Source of the DNA: Bdellovibrionales bacterium
Lineage (GTDB): Bacteria; Bdellovibrionota; Bdellovibrionia; Bdellovibrionales; JAGQZY01
Length of the DNA stretch: 42,666 nt
Direction of reading: 5' to 3'
NCBI GenBank assembly: GCA_031426555.1
Contig: JANPLN010000020.1
Coordinates: 1 to 42,666 of the forward strand
Every line of letters begins with the position of its first letter. Position 1 is the stretch's first letter. Positions 1 through 9,374 of the stretch are shown piece after piece. Below the pieces are notes generated by a model that saw only the letters and a list, made by a program, of their open reading frames with translations, was not told the DNA's origin and made no database searches. A program made the translations under genes and the position numbers.

Positions 1-69
1 TGCCAGCGATTGTGCTGGCAATGCAAAGATGTAAACAACGAACAATAATACTCCCCAAATCTTCCCCAT
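1..69 (-). CDS. 5' end of a probable secreted protein (runs off the window)
   Basis: Manual translation from ATG at 69 gives MGKIWGVLLFVVYIFALPAQSLA, which looks like a Sec signal peptide and is open to the window edge. Confidence 0.5.
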   Translation of the reverse strand, partial: MGKIWGVLLFVVYIFALPAQSLA

Positions 70-182
70 AAGCACAAGTAAACAGATCCATGAGAGAAGT
101 GTAGTTAATACAGGCTCGAAGGAAAAAATGACAAATACAGCGCGTTAAGCAGCTAGAAAAAGTTCAAATTAATGCGCAAATT

Positions 183-273
183 AAAAAGGCTCCTTGCGGA
201 GCCGTTGTTAAAAAGAAAAGGCTCCTTGCGGAGCCGGTGTTAAAAAGAAAAGGCTCCTTGCGGAGCCTTTTTT
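183..273 (-). terminator. Three tandem copies of an intrinsic terminator hairpin (32-bp period)
   Basis: GGCTCC-TTGC-GGAGCC starts at 188, 220 and 252. On the minus strand each reads GGCTCC-GCAA-GGAGCC-TTTT, just downstream of the 304..882 gene. Confidence 0.85.
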
Positions 274-303
274 AAATTCAATAAATTCAAGCTTAGAAAA
301 AAA

Positions 304-882
304 CTAAGATTTTTTCTTAGAAGCTTTCGTGGTGCTGTTGAGAACTGCTTGCCACTTAAAGCTCTTAATCATTTTATTGCACTCGTTGAGTGATGATTTA
401 AAAGAGCTGACGTGATCTCTGCACGTTAAAAGAACAACTTTCTTTTCTTTCATAAAAATGACTTGGCGAAGTTGGCGTTTCTTCGAAGTGTTTACAAGAT
501 CAACCACGTAGCCGTTTTGACCATTCATTGCAAATTTCTTAGAACCTTTCACATCAAAACCAAATTTTGGATATTCTTTAGTCCAACGTTTTACGTACTG
601 AGAAATTTCCATTTGTTTTTCAAGTTGGTCCACGCGAACCGAGAGTGTGGCGCGCATGTTATTTTTTTGCTTCGGCGAGCGAAACATCGTGGCGATGTAG
701 CGCGAATTTTTTGGCGGGTTGGTTTGAATCCAATCTGTAGAGGCTGTTTGGATTTCAAACCCTTGAGGAGATTTGTAAACTCCTAACTGAGGTTTTACCT
801 TGTTTCCAGCGCCTGGAATGGGAGCTGCGAAGCTGGTGGTTAGTGCCAAAAAGACTGTGAAGGTAATAATCATTTGTTTCAT
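304..882 (-). CDS. Secreted hypothetical protein (possibly PsbP/DcrB-like fold)
   Basis: Part of ORF 304..912. The likely start is ATG 882 (MKQMIITFTVFLALTTSFA, signal peptide), and terminators follow. The fold guess is weak. Confidence 0.7.
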   Translation of the reverse strand: MKQMIITFTVFLALTTSFAAPIPGAGNKVKPQLGVYKSPQGFEIQTASTDWIQTNPPKNSRYIATMFRSPKQKNNMRATLSVRVDQLEKQMEISQYVKRWTKEYPKFGFDVKGSKKFAMNGQNGYVVDLVNTSKKRQLRQVIFMKEKKVVLLTCRDHVSSFKSSLNECNKMIKSFKWQAVLNSTTKASKKKS

Positions 883-971
883 AGTGTTTTGAGCATACCA
901 AACCAAAGTCAAAAGGCAAGACCCCGGACCACGGTCTCAATGGACTTGAAGTGGCCAGCCGCTGGCTGGGC

Positions 972-1976
972 TCAATCGGCCTGCGCCGCTTGCACGATTT
1001 TTTTGATCAAGCTGTAGGGGATTTCCTCAGTGATATTAGCAACATCAAGCCAGAAAAATGTTTTCTGTTTGGCGCCCTTTACGGTGGTTTTGGTAGACTT
1101 CCGAATGCGTCCGTAGATTTCATATTTGGTAATGGAATGCTTAACATCAAACTTTTCTGGACGTTTGTTGAGGCGCTGAAGGCGGCCGGGAAGAATGGGC
1201 ATTTGCTTTAAAAAGGGCGCGTAGTCATTTTTAATGAAAGCGACTTTTTTATTTTTTTCGATCCACTCGATATCCCATAACAAAATTTCGCCCGCCGCTT
1301 TTGGTTTTTTGAGGGGAAGAGATTCCACGAGGCCCTGTTTACGCCCCTCACACTTCATGTTCCATGGGCAAATAAAACAACTCGGCGATTGGGGCGTGCA
1401 CACCGTTGCCCCCAACTCCATCATGCCTTGATTGATCGACGAACTGTCATCAGTTTGCGCCATACTGTCTGCAAGCTTTTGCAAATGCATGCGGTCTGCG
1501 GTTTGCCACCATTGATATTTGCTACCCATCACTCGCGAAAGAATGCGAATCACATTGCCGTCGAGAACGCCCACCTTTTCGCCAAAGGCCAAGCTGCTCA
1601 CGGCGCGCGAGGTGTAGGGCCCAAAACCAGGAAGGTTTACGAGCTCGTCGGCGGTTTGCGCAAAGCCGTTGAGCGCGAGTATTTTTGCGGCCCTATGTAG
1701 ATTGCGCGCCCTCGAGTAGTAACCGAGACCCGCCCAGTGCATTAAAACTTCTTTTTCCGAGGCCTCCGCCAGATCATCGAGCTGAGGAAAGCGCCGTAAG
1801 AATTTTTCATAATAGGGAATCACCGCTTGCGTTGTAGTTTGTTGCAGCATGACTTCGGAGATCCAAATCCCATAGGGATTTTTGCTTTTGCGCCATGGAA
1901 GTTCCCGGCGATTTTGCTCGTACCACTCGCTGAGAGAGGTTTGCAAAAACTTTAATTTTGCAGGTTGTTTTGTCAT
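972..1976 (-). CDS. mutY: A/G-specific adenine glycosylase
   Basis: RELPWR, WISEVMLQQT, WAGLGYYSRARNLH, HhH LPGFGPYT, LDGNVIR, Fe-S motif CTPQSPSCFICPWNMKC. Confidence 0.95.
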   Translation of the reverse strand: MTKQPAKLKFLQTSLSEWYEQNRRELPWRKSKNPYGIWISEVMLQQTTTQAVIPYYEKFLRRFPQLDDLAEASEKEVLMHWAGLGYYSRARNLHRAAKILALNGFAQTADELVNLPGFGPYTSRAVSSLAFGEKVGVLDGNVIRILSRVMGSKYQWWQTADRMHLQKLADSMAQTDDSSSINQGMMELGATVCTPQSPSCFICPWNMKCEGRKQGLVESLPLKKPKAAGEILLWDIEWIEKNKKVAFIKNDYAPFLKQMPILPGRLQRLNKRPEKFDVKHSITKYEIYGRIRKSTKTTVKGAKQKTFFWLDVANITEEIPYSLIKKIVQAAQAD

Positions 1977-2029
1977 AGTGGTTTGTTATCCTACATCAGC
2001 CTTTTTTTCAAAAGGTACTTGGAGGTTCT

Positions 2030-2965
2030 ATGAAATATGTGCCGGTTTCGGGTCGAGAAATGCCGCGCTTTGCTGGGATAAAAACGTTCTTCCGTTTACC
2101 CCATGTGCCTATCGACCAAGACTACGATGTGGCTCTTGTGGGAGTTCCATTCGATGGATCATTGTCTTATCGTCCGGGCGCTCGCTTTGCTCCCTCAAGA
2201 ATCCGCGAGCTGTCCTCGTTAGGCAGAGCCTATCACTGGGAACGCCAGATGAATTTTGTCGATCGTTTAAAAGTGGCCGACATTGGCGATTGTCCCATTG
2301 TTCCCATCGACGTTGCCAAAACCTATAAATCCATCGAAAAGTATTTTGCAAAGTTAATGAACCTAGAAAAGCGATTTATTTCGGTGGGAGGAGATCACTC
2401 CACCACGCTGCCAATTTTGCGCGCGCTTAAAAAGAAATATAAAAAACCGCTCGCCCTCGTCCATTTTGATGCCCACCTCGACACATATCCCGCAGCGTGG
2501 GGATGCGAGTATCACCATGGATCTTTTTTACGCCACGCCATTGAAGAAGGCTTGGTTCAGCCGAAAAAAACCTTTCAAATTGGAATCCGCGGACCATTGG
2601 CCGCCGCCGAAGATTTGGAATTTGTAAATAAAAAAGGCTTGCAGCCCTTCACAGTGGAAAACATTCGCTCGGTAAATATTAAAACCATCAGTGCCAAAAT
2701 CAATAAACTCATCGGTAATGATCTTTGTTATTTGACTTACGACATTGATTGCTTGGACCCCGCCTACGCGCCCGGAACGGGCACGCCGGTGATTGGCGGC
2801 CTGACAACGTACGAAACCCAACAGATCTTGCGCGGACTTAAACTGCCGGGTCTCGTTGGCGCCGACGTGGTCGAAGTGTCACCGCCGTATGATCACTCCG
2901 ATATCACAAGCCTTGCCGCCGTGGATGCCATGTTCGAAATTCTCCACATTTACGCCGGAAAATAA
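2030..2965 (+). CDS. speB: Agmatinase (ureohydrolase family)
   Basis: GGDHS, HFDAHLD, DIDCLDPAYAPGTGTP, DVVEVSP motifs; GGAGG RBS at 2021. Confidence 0.9.
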   Translation: MKYVPVSGREMPRFAGIKTFFRLPHVPIDQDYDVALVGVPFDGSLSYRPGARFAPSRIRELSSLGRAYHWERQMNFVDRLKVADIGDCPIVPIDVAKTYKSIEKYFAKLMNLEKRFISVGGDHSTTLPILRALKKKYKKPLALVHFDAHLDTYPAAWGCEYHHGSFLRHAIEEGLVQPKKTFQIGIRGPLAAAEDLEFVNKKGLQPFTVENIRSVNIKTISAKINKLIGNDLCYLTYDIDCLDPAYAPGTGTPVIGGLTTYETQQILRGLKLPGLVGADVVEVSPPYDHSDITSLAAVDAMFEILHIYAGK

Positions 2966-2968
2966 ACT

Positions 2969-4267
2969 GTGTTGCGAGTTTTGCTACTAGTTTTCAGTTT
3001 GTTCACCGCTTCAGCCATGGCGGCGACACATCGTTTGGACTTAAAACAGGTTGTTGAATACGCTGTGGAGAATTCTCCGGAGCTCGAAGTCGTGCGTCGC
3101 GAGATGGCCATTGCGGATATGCAGCGCAAGAACGCCTACTCGGTGTTTTTACCGCAGTTGGACCTCGCAGCCAACTACGGTCTGAACGATCGCGATCCGC
3201 AGTTCACCCCACCCCTCAGCCGCTACTCCAGCGATGTCGGATTGTACCTCACCGAAAATCTCTACGACAACGGTATCAGTTTCATCAATTACGATTCCGC
3301 GAAGGTCACAAAAAAACTCTCCGAATTCAATTACAACAAAGAGCGTGATCGAATTGTGTTAAATATTATTTCGCAGTTTTTAAACGTATCGCTGGTGATG
3401 CGTTTGTATGACGTGCAAAAAACCCAGTTTGATATTATCCAAAAACAGTTCAATTCCATTTCCAACCAGTACAAACAGGGCGTTAAAACTCGCCGCGATT
3501 ATCTGCGTTTTAAATCAGAGCTTCGCCGCTCCGAGATTCAATTGCAAAATTCAAAAACTCTTGTGCACAACCGAAAAGCCGACCTCATCAAGCTTCTCAC
3601 CAGCACAGCGGATGTTCTGGGCTCTGAATTTGATTTTTTACCAGAAGACGTGGATACGAAAATCGTGAAAAACGTGCCCACCGAAAAACCCAATGTGGAA
3701 GACCACTGGATTTTTAGAATGGTTCGCATGCGTGAAGAAATTTTTGATAACACCATCCTGGTTTCCAAGCGCAGTTACTACCCGCAAGTGTTTTTGTCGG
3801 GCGGCGTGAGCTATGGCTCGGCCAATTATTGGAAATCAGGGAGTAGTTTTAAAGATAATGATTTTACTAGCTGGAATGCGCTTTTGACGGTGAATTTTAA
3901 TTTGTGGGACTGGGGCATTCGAAACCGAAATATTTCCATTTCTCAAGATCGCAAAGTGCAGCAGATGAAATCCCTGGAAGTGGAAATGAACGAGTTCATC
4001 GCCAGCAACGAAAAATTGATGGCCAACATGGTGCTGAGTCACAATAACTTTTTGACGGCTCAAGAGTTATTAGAAATCGAAACTTCGGCCTACTCGTTTT
4101 TAGAAAGTGAATATCGCAATGGCCGGGTGTCTTACTTGGATTTGATTTTAGGTTTGCGAGATTTGTTGAATGCCAAGATTCAAATGTTCACCTCGTTTTA
4201 CGACTTGCGCACGCAATTGTTTCAATACAAGTATCACCAAGGGAAACTCTATGAAGAATTTCAATAA
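2969..4267 (+). CDS. TolC-family outer membrane efflux protein
   Basis: Signal peptide, two OEP-like halves (AVENSPEL...LPQLDL; YYPQVFL...YRNGRVSYLDL), upstream of adaptor and MacB-like genes. Confidence 0.85.
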   Translation: MLRVLLLVFSLFTASAMAATHRLDLKQVVEYAVENSPELEVVRREMAIADMQRKNAYSVFLPQLDLAANYGLNDRDPQFTPPLSRYSSDVGLYLTENLYDNGISFINYDSAKVTKKLSEFNYNKERDRIVLNIISQFLNVSLVMRLYDVQKTQFDIIQKQFNSISNQYKQGVKTRRDYLRFKSELRRSEIQLQNSKTLVHNRKADLIKLLTSTADVLGSEFDFLPEDVDTKIVKNVPTEKPNVEDHWIFRMVRMREEIFDNTILVSKRSYYPQVFLSGGVSYGSANYWKSGSSFKDNDFTSWNALLTVNFNLWDWGIRNRNISISQDRKVQQMKSLEVEMNEFIASNEKLMANMVLSHNNFLTAQELLEIETSAYSFLESEYRNGRVSYLDLILGLRDLLNAKIQMFTSFYDLRTQLFQYKYHQGKLYEEFQ

Positions 4268-5156
4268 ATGGCGCTGGATTTTAATTGTCGGAGTTTTAGT
4301 TTTAGCAGCTGGCTACTATTTTAAACAAAAATCGGCCACCAAAGCCGGAGCGATTCAAACCTTCAAAGTTCAAAAAGGTGAACTCCTTCAGCGCGTGACA
4401 ATCGCTGGAGTGATCGAGGCCTTGAAGACCACGGTAGTGACCGCTCCCTACGATGGCTATGTGCAAAAGATTTTTGTAAAGATTGGCGATAAAGTTAAAG
4501 AAGGCGATCCTTTGGTAAGCATCACTCAATCCTTGCAGGCCACCGAAAGCGTCTATCCCATTCGCGCTCCTTTTGGGGGAACCATCTTGCAGGTTTTAAA
4601 AACCGAAGGACAGTTTGTAAAACAGGGCGACACTAAAGACTTTCTAATACGCCTCGATGATATTTCGAAACTTTATGTCAACGCCAGTGTGCCCGAAATC
4701 GATATCGTTAAAATAAAAAAGGGCCAGGAAGCCATTGTCAAAGCCTCGCCGATTTTGGATCGCAGTTATAAAGGCACCGTCAAAGACATCTCCCTGGCGG
4801 CCACGCTGCAAGATTCGTACAACAACCGCTCGCAGGCCGAGTACCTGGTAAAATTAGAAATCCTTGATATCGACGAGCAGTTGAAACCAGGAATGTCCAC
4901 GGTGCTGGATATTATTCCCGCAAAAAAATCTGACATCTTAACCGTGCCCCATGAGTATATCGACAAACAGGGCGAAAAGTATTTCGTCACCAGCAAAGAT
5001 GGCTTGCAAAAAGAAATCATCGTCGGCATGCAAAATGAATCCATTGTCGAAATCGTTTCGGGTCTGAAAGAGGGCGACGAGATCACCCAAGTGGATTTTA
5101 TCAACCTTGGCAATGACCTTAAGGGAGCACCTAGTGGCAGTCGCCGTCGCCGTTAA
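4251..5156 (+). CDS. MacA-like periplasmic adaptor subunit
   Basis: Start adjusted to ATG 4251 (MKNFNKWRWILIVGVLVLAAG anchor); lipoyl-like VKIGDKVKEGDPL / IRAPFGG, LKPGMS, SGLKEGD. Confidence 0.85.
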   Translation: MKNFNKWRWILIVGVLVLAAGYYFKQKSATKAGAIQTFKVQKGELLQRVTIAGVIEALKTTVVTAPYDGYVQKIFVKIGDKVKEGDPLVSITQSLQATESVYPIRAPFGGTILQVLKTEGQFVKQGDTKDFLIRLDDISKLYVNASVPEIDIVKIKKGQEAIVKASPILDRSYKGTVKDISLAATLQDSYNNRSQAEYLVKLEILDIDEQLKPGMSTVLDIIPAKKSDILTVPHEYIDKQGEKYFVTSKDGLQKEIIVGMQNESIVEIVSGLKEGDEITQVDFINLGNDLKGAPSGSRRRR

Positions 5157-7173
5157 GGATCTAAAATTTGCCTATCCCCTTTATGGCGGGCAACTTTTAG
5201 AAATCATTAAGGGCATTTCGTTTACCATTGAGGACGGCGAAATGGTGGCCATTCAAGGTCCGTCAGGCTCTGGAAAATCGACGTTGCTTTATATTTTAGG
5301 CTGTTTGCTCAGTCGTTTTGAGGGCGAAGTATCGGTGTTTGGAAAAGATATTTTAAAACTCACCGATTTAGAACGAGCCGCGCTACGCAATCAGTCCATT
5401 GGGTTTGTGTTTCAGCAGTTTCATCTTTTACCAAAAGCCACGGTGGAAGAAAACATTCTGCTGCCTCTGCATTATCCCGCAGAGATCGAATCGCGCGATG
5501 TGGACCAAAATCGTTTTCAACTGATCACAGAGCAGTTGGGCTTAGCCGATCGACTGCACCACTATCCCAATCAGCTTTCCGGCGGGCAGCAACAGCGCGT
5601 GGCCATTGCGCGAGCCCTGATGCGCAACACGCGGTTGATTTTAGCCGACGAACCCACGGGCAGTTTGGACACACAAAACGCGGCCAACACCATGGATATT
5701 TTGCGCCAGGCCCAACAAGACGGGAAAACAGTCATTGTGATCACTCACGATCCCGAAGTGGCTGCGCGCTGCGATCGCGTTTTGCAATTTCGCGATGGCT
5801 TGATCGTGCAAGATTCCCGAACGCAGAAAAATAATCTTAACACCACTTCGAAGATCGAGCTCTTTTCGGTTCCAGCCGTAGGATCATCGTGGTGGCAAAA
5901 ACTCACACAATCCTTGTTTATTTCCAGCCGCGTAATGCCCATTGCTCTCAAAAGTCTTTTGCAAAACAAATCGCGAACTGCATTAACGATGTTGGGCATC
6001 GTGATCGGTGTGGCGGCTGTGCTGTCCATGATCACCGTGGGCAAATTTACCAAAAAGAAGATCTTGGATTCCTATGCCGAGCTCGGTGTGAACACCATGC
6101 TGTTTTACGGTTGGCAAAACTGGGATATGAAAGCGGTGGATCGGCCTCCGGTGATGTTTCAGGGCTTCGATTGGGAAAAGGATTTAAAACCGCTGCAAAA
6201 AGTTTTTCCCGACCTTAAAGCCATGAGTCCCATTTTGTTTGCGTGGAATGTATCCGCAGCCTTTGGTGGAAAATCCACGGACTCTGACGTGCGTTTGATC
6301 GGCACCACGCGCGAGGGCATTCGTCTCTCCAATCGAACGCTCGTTGAGGGTCATAGTTTTAGTCCGTTTCATATCGACAACCGCAGTGCCGTTTGCATTT
6401 TGGGATCGGATGTTCACGATCGATTGTTTCAAGGAGCAAAAGCCATCGGCCAAATGGTCTTTATTAAAAATGGTAACAAGGCCTTTGGTTGCCGAGTGCT
6501 TGCAGTGGCAGCTCCCCATAACTCCAATAAAGAGTGGAACAACCCCAACATGCAAATTATAATTCCCTACACGTTGTTTCAAAGCATGAGCACACCGTGG
6601 GAGGCACAAACCAGACAAGTGCTGCTCGAAACTCACGAAGGCGCCGATGTTCAAGCGGTGGGCTTAGGCATTCGCGCCTTTTTCGAACGTCGCTATGGAA
6701 AATCAGGAATCTTCAACGTGGGCTCCGACAGTGTGCTGATTGCACAAATGAACAAATTTTTAAATATGTTCACGGTGCTGCTCGGAATGATTGCCTTAGT
6801 TTCGCTGGCGGTGGGTGGAATCGGAATCACAAACATGATGTTGGTGTCGGTTTCGGAGCGACTCAAAGAGATCGGTATTCGCAAAGCCTTTGGCGCTACA
6901 GATTTAAGTATTCGTTACCAGTATTTATTGGAAGCTATCGCCATTTGTGGCGTGGCGGGCCTCGCAGGAATTGCCATTGGTTTTACGGCCTACCAAGGCG
7001 CCATTTATGGAGCCACTAAATTAATTCCAACGTTGCAGTTTGAGTGGATCGTCGATGTTCAAGCGTTGCTCTTGAGTCTGTTTTCCATCCTCGCGGTGGG
7101 AATCATTAGCGGCCTAATTCCCGCCCTCAAGGCCGAAAAGCTCGAAGTCATCGAAGCTCTTCGCAGCGAATAA
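5134..7173 (+). CDS. macB: MacB-like ABC transporter (fused ATPase + FtsX permease)
   Basis: Walker [68 protein letters not shown]. Likely start is GTG 5134 after AAGGGAG. Confidence 0.88.
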   Translation: MAVAVAVKDLKFAYPLYGGQLLEIIKGISFTIEDGEMVAIQGPSGSGKSTLLYILGCLLSRFEGEVSVFGKDILKLTDLERAALRNQSIGFVFQQFHLLPKATVEENILLPLHYPAEIESRDVDQNRFQLITEQLGLADRLHHYPNQLSGGQQQRVAIARALMRNTRLILADEPTGSLDTQNAANTMDILRQAQQDGKTVIVITHDPEVAARCDRVLQFRDGLIVQDSRTQKNNLNTTSKIELFSVPAVGSSWWQKLTQSLFISSRVMPIALKSLLQNKSRTALTMLGIVIGVAAVLSMITVGKFTKKKILDSYAELGVNTMLFYGWQNWDMKAVDRPPVMFQGFDWEKDLKPLQKVFPDLKAMSPILFAWNVSAAFGGKSTDSDVRLIGTTREGIRLSNRTLVEGHSFSPFHIDNRSAVCILGSDVHDRLFQGAKAIGQMVFIKNGNKAFGCRVLAVAAPHNSNKEWNNPNMQIIIPYTLFQSMSTPWEAQTRQVLLETHEGADVQAVGLGIRAFFERRYGKSGIFNVGSDSVLIAQMNKFLNMFTVLLGMIALVSLAVGGIGITNMMLVSVSERLKEIGIRKAFGATDLSIRYQYLLEAIAICGVAGLAGIAIGFTAYQGAIYGATKLIPTLQFEWIVDVQALLLSLFSILAVGIISGLIPALKAEKLEVIEALRSE

Positions 7174-7178
7174 TCTTC

Positions 7179-7231
7179 GGTGCCAGTTCCTGTTTCTGGG
7201 TCCACTGTTTCCAGAAACAGGACCTGGCACC
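7179..7231. repeat. 21-bp inverted repeat (REP-doublet-like hairpin)
   Basis: GGTGCCAGTTCCTGTTTCTGG, 11-nt spacer, CCAGAAACAGGACCTGGCACC; one mismatch; begins 6 nt after the macB stop. Confidence 0.8.
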
Positions 7232-7372
7232 AAATTAGACATTGTCCATAAGTTCTGCGTGTCGATTTGAGAAATTCTCATTGTAGACCAATCATAACAA
7301 ACAGGCCGCTTATGGTTCAGATTGATTTCGGACTCTTTTTTGCATTAATTAGACTGTAGACGGGGGTCATTT

Positions 7373-8203
7373 ATGCGATCTATTAAAACCAGTTTTATTG
7401 TTTTTCCACTCATCTGCGTGTTGGCGCTTTTTCAAAATTGCGGAGATAAATCATTTTCTCAATCCACCGCGCGTCCGCCGTCCGCCGTTGAGGGTATTGA
7501 AAGCATCGACAACGTGGTTATCGATAATGAGGTTATCGAAGAGGTGCAAGCGAGCTGCGAATCCGCACGCAAAGCTGGAAAACTGTTGCAATCCAATCAG
7601 CAAATTGCCTTTGCAGACACTCGCATCGAAACAGGCCGAGCTGAGATTTGCGAATTTTCAAGGAACGGGAATCTGGAAACCAAAAACACTCGCATGCAGG
7701 CCCGATACGAGCAGCAACAAAAGTTGCAACTCCCAAACAATGCGGTCATCTGTGATCTCGACATGCAAACAGATCTTCAACGCTTTCAGTATGACGACGT
7801 TTTTGTATTTAACTATAATAATTTCATTTTAGCGACGAACAATAAAACGGCGTTATTGGACACCACGCCTCCAGAAGGTAAACTTTTCCTCGGAGCAGGC
7901 ACTGAAGTTCCAGTTTATAAATACGATTGGTTAAAACTTCGTGGCGCAGGTTTTGAGAACGTAGCTGATGATTTTTGCTTAGGAGATGATCAAAACCTTG
8001 CAACCTGTAGCTGGCCCATTTCCGAGCAATCGGGAAACATCGTGTTTTCCTTCGACGAGAAAATTTTGATTGCCTTGGGGCTCACTGCCAATTCAAACAA
8101 TCAAACGTTTAGTTTCGTGATCACTGGAGACGACGATCCACAAAAAGACTGCTATCACGAAGAACTGGCCTTCGACATGAATGTCACCTACTACGTCAAA
8201 TAG
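7373..8203 (+). CDS. Hypothetical lipoprotein with LFQNC-type signal
   Basis: MRSIKTSFIVFPLICVLALFQNCG; several Cys; no recognised catalytic motif. Confidence 0.75.
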   Translation: MRSIKTSFIVFPLICVLALFQNCGDKSFSQSTARPPSAVEGIESIDNVVIDNEVIEEVQASCESARKAGKLLQSNQQIAFADTRIETGRAEICEFSRNGNLETKNTRMQARYEQQQKLQLPNNAVICDLDMQTDLQRFQYDDVFVFNYNNFILATNNKTALLDTTPPEGKLFLGAGTEVPVYKYDWLKLRGAGFENVADDFCLGDDQNLATCSWPISEQSGNIVFSFDEKILIALGLTANSNNQTFSFVITGDDDPQKDCYHEELAFDMNVTYYVK

Positions 8204-8215
8204 ACATAATTTTAA

Positions 8216-8623
8216 TTAATCGGGATAAACGAACTCAATTGGCGAGTCGATTTCAGCGCTCAAGCTTTTGTGCACAGGACAGGTGTGGGCGGTGTTTTCG
8301 AGTTTTTTGCGATAGTCCTGAGGAATGCCGGCGGGCATTGTAATCGTCACCGGCAATCGCCCAATGCGTCGCGGGTTTTGCACCATGTGCTTTTCGACCC
8401 GGGCGGTGGCGCCTTTAAGAGAAACTCCATCGCGCTCAGCCACAATGGACATCACGGTGAGGGCGCAGGTACCTAACGCCGAAGCTACTAAATCTGTTGG
8501 GGAAAACCGCTCACCGCGGCCGTTGTTATCAACGGGGGCGTCGGTTTCGATCAGCGAGCCCGAGGGACCGTGATGAACTTCGCAGTGTTTTTCGCCCTGG
8601 TAGGTGGCAGTGACTATAATCAT
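8216..8623 (-). CDS. OsmC/Ohr-family protein
   Basis: TDAPVDNNGRGERFSPTDL, ALGTC and CPVHKSL conserved cysteines. Confidence 0.9.
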   Translation of the reverse strand: MIIVTATYQGEKHCEVHHGPSGSLIETDAPVDNNGRGERFSPTDLVASALGTCALTVMSIVAERDGVSLKGATARVEKHMVQNPRRIGRLPVTITMPAGIPQDYRKKLENTAHTCPVHKSLSAEIDSPIEFVYPD

Positions 8624-8658
8624 AGACCTCTAAAAACAAAAAATATCTTAACTTGTCA

Positions 8659-8748
8659 ACCCCATTAGGTACCAAGTACCTTTTCCGCGCGTGTGCCGTA
8701 GGTGAACTGTGGTATATCGCCGGAAAAGGTACTTGGTACCTAATGGGG
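8659..8748. repeat. REPIN/MITE-like palindromic element, copy 1
   Basis: Perfect 28-bp arms CCCCATTAGGTACCAAGTACCTTTTCCG (8660-8687) and its reverse complement (8721-8748) around a 33-nt spacer. Confidence 0.9.
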
Positions 8749-8753
8749 GAGTA

Positions 8754-9374
8754 ATGCTTCTTATTTTGTTGTTTCAGGTTTTTAGTTTCGCAGACTGGAC
8801 GGATATCAAGCCCCAGGATTTTCCTTTAGAAGCCCCGCCCGCCGTTGGAACGCGCATTGACCACCAAGACTATCTTCAACTTCTCGAGTATCAGGAAAAC
8901 AGAACCGACGACCAATGCAAATTAGCCATGCAGCAGTGGATTCCTTATTTCGAAGCCTTGTTTCAGTTTTCGGGCGCGGTGACGAAGGACGAAGCAACCC
9001 TTGCAAAACCAATTATAAATCAGGTGATGAAACTTACCCAAAAGGTAACAGATCACTACAAAAAACTTTACGCCAAAGAACGACCCTACGATCGTTTTCC
9101 TGATGTTGTACCCTGTATCAAAAAGGTTTCTGGAAAAACATCTTATCCCAGTTCCCACGCGGCCCTTGGAGCTGTGGGAGCTTGTGTATTGGCAAAAATC
9201 TTTCCCAAAAAGAAAGCGGCTTTGCTCGAGCACGGCTGGGACATTGGCGAGCTGCGCGTGATCGCTGGTGTTCATCATCCGTCAGATGTGGAAGCGGGAC
9301 GCGAAGTGGGTCAGGACATTTGCGATCATCTCAAAAAACAAAAAGACTTTTTAGAAGCCCTTAAAGCTCTTTAG
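8754..9374 (+). CDS. PAP2-superfamily (class A-like) acid phosphatase, secreted
   Basis: KKLYAKERP, SYPSSH and RVIAGVHHPSD motifs. Start adjusted to ATG 8754 (signal peptide, GGGGGAG RBS). Confidence 0.88.
   Translation: MLLILLFQVFSFADWTDIKPQDFPLEAPPAVGTRIDHQDYLQLLEYQENRTDDQCKLAMQQWIPYFEALFQFSGAVTKDEATLAKPIINQVMKLTQKVTDHYKKLYAKERPYDRFPDVVPCIKKVSGKTSYPSSHAALGAVGACVLAKIFPKKKAALLEHGWDIGELRVIAGVHHPSDVEAGREVGQDICDHLKKQKDFLEALKAL

Noticed and set aside
183..273. Mini-CRISPR
   Set aside because: The linkers are only 16 nt and nearly identical; the GNRA hairpin plus U-tract fits terminators.
8709..8753. N-terminal extension MVYRRKRYLVPNGGV of the phosphatase
   Set aside because: It is translated repeat DNA; ATG 8754 has an RBS and begins a signal peptide.
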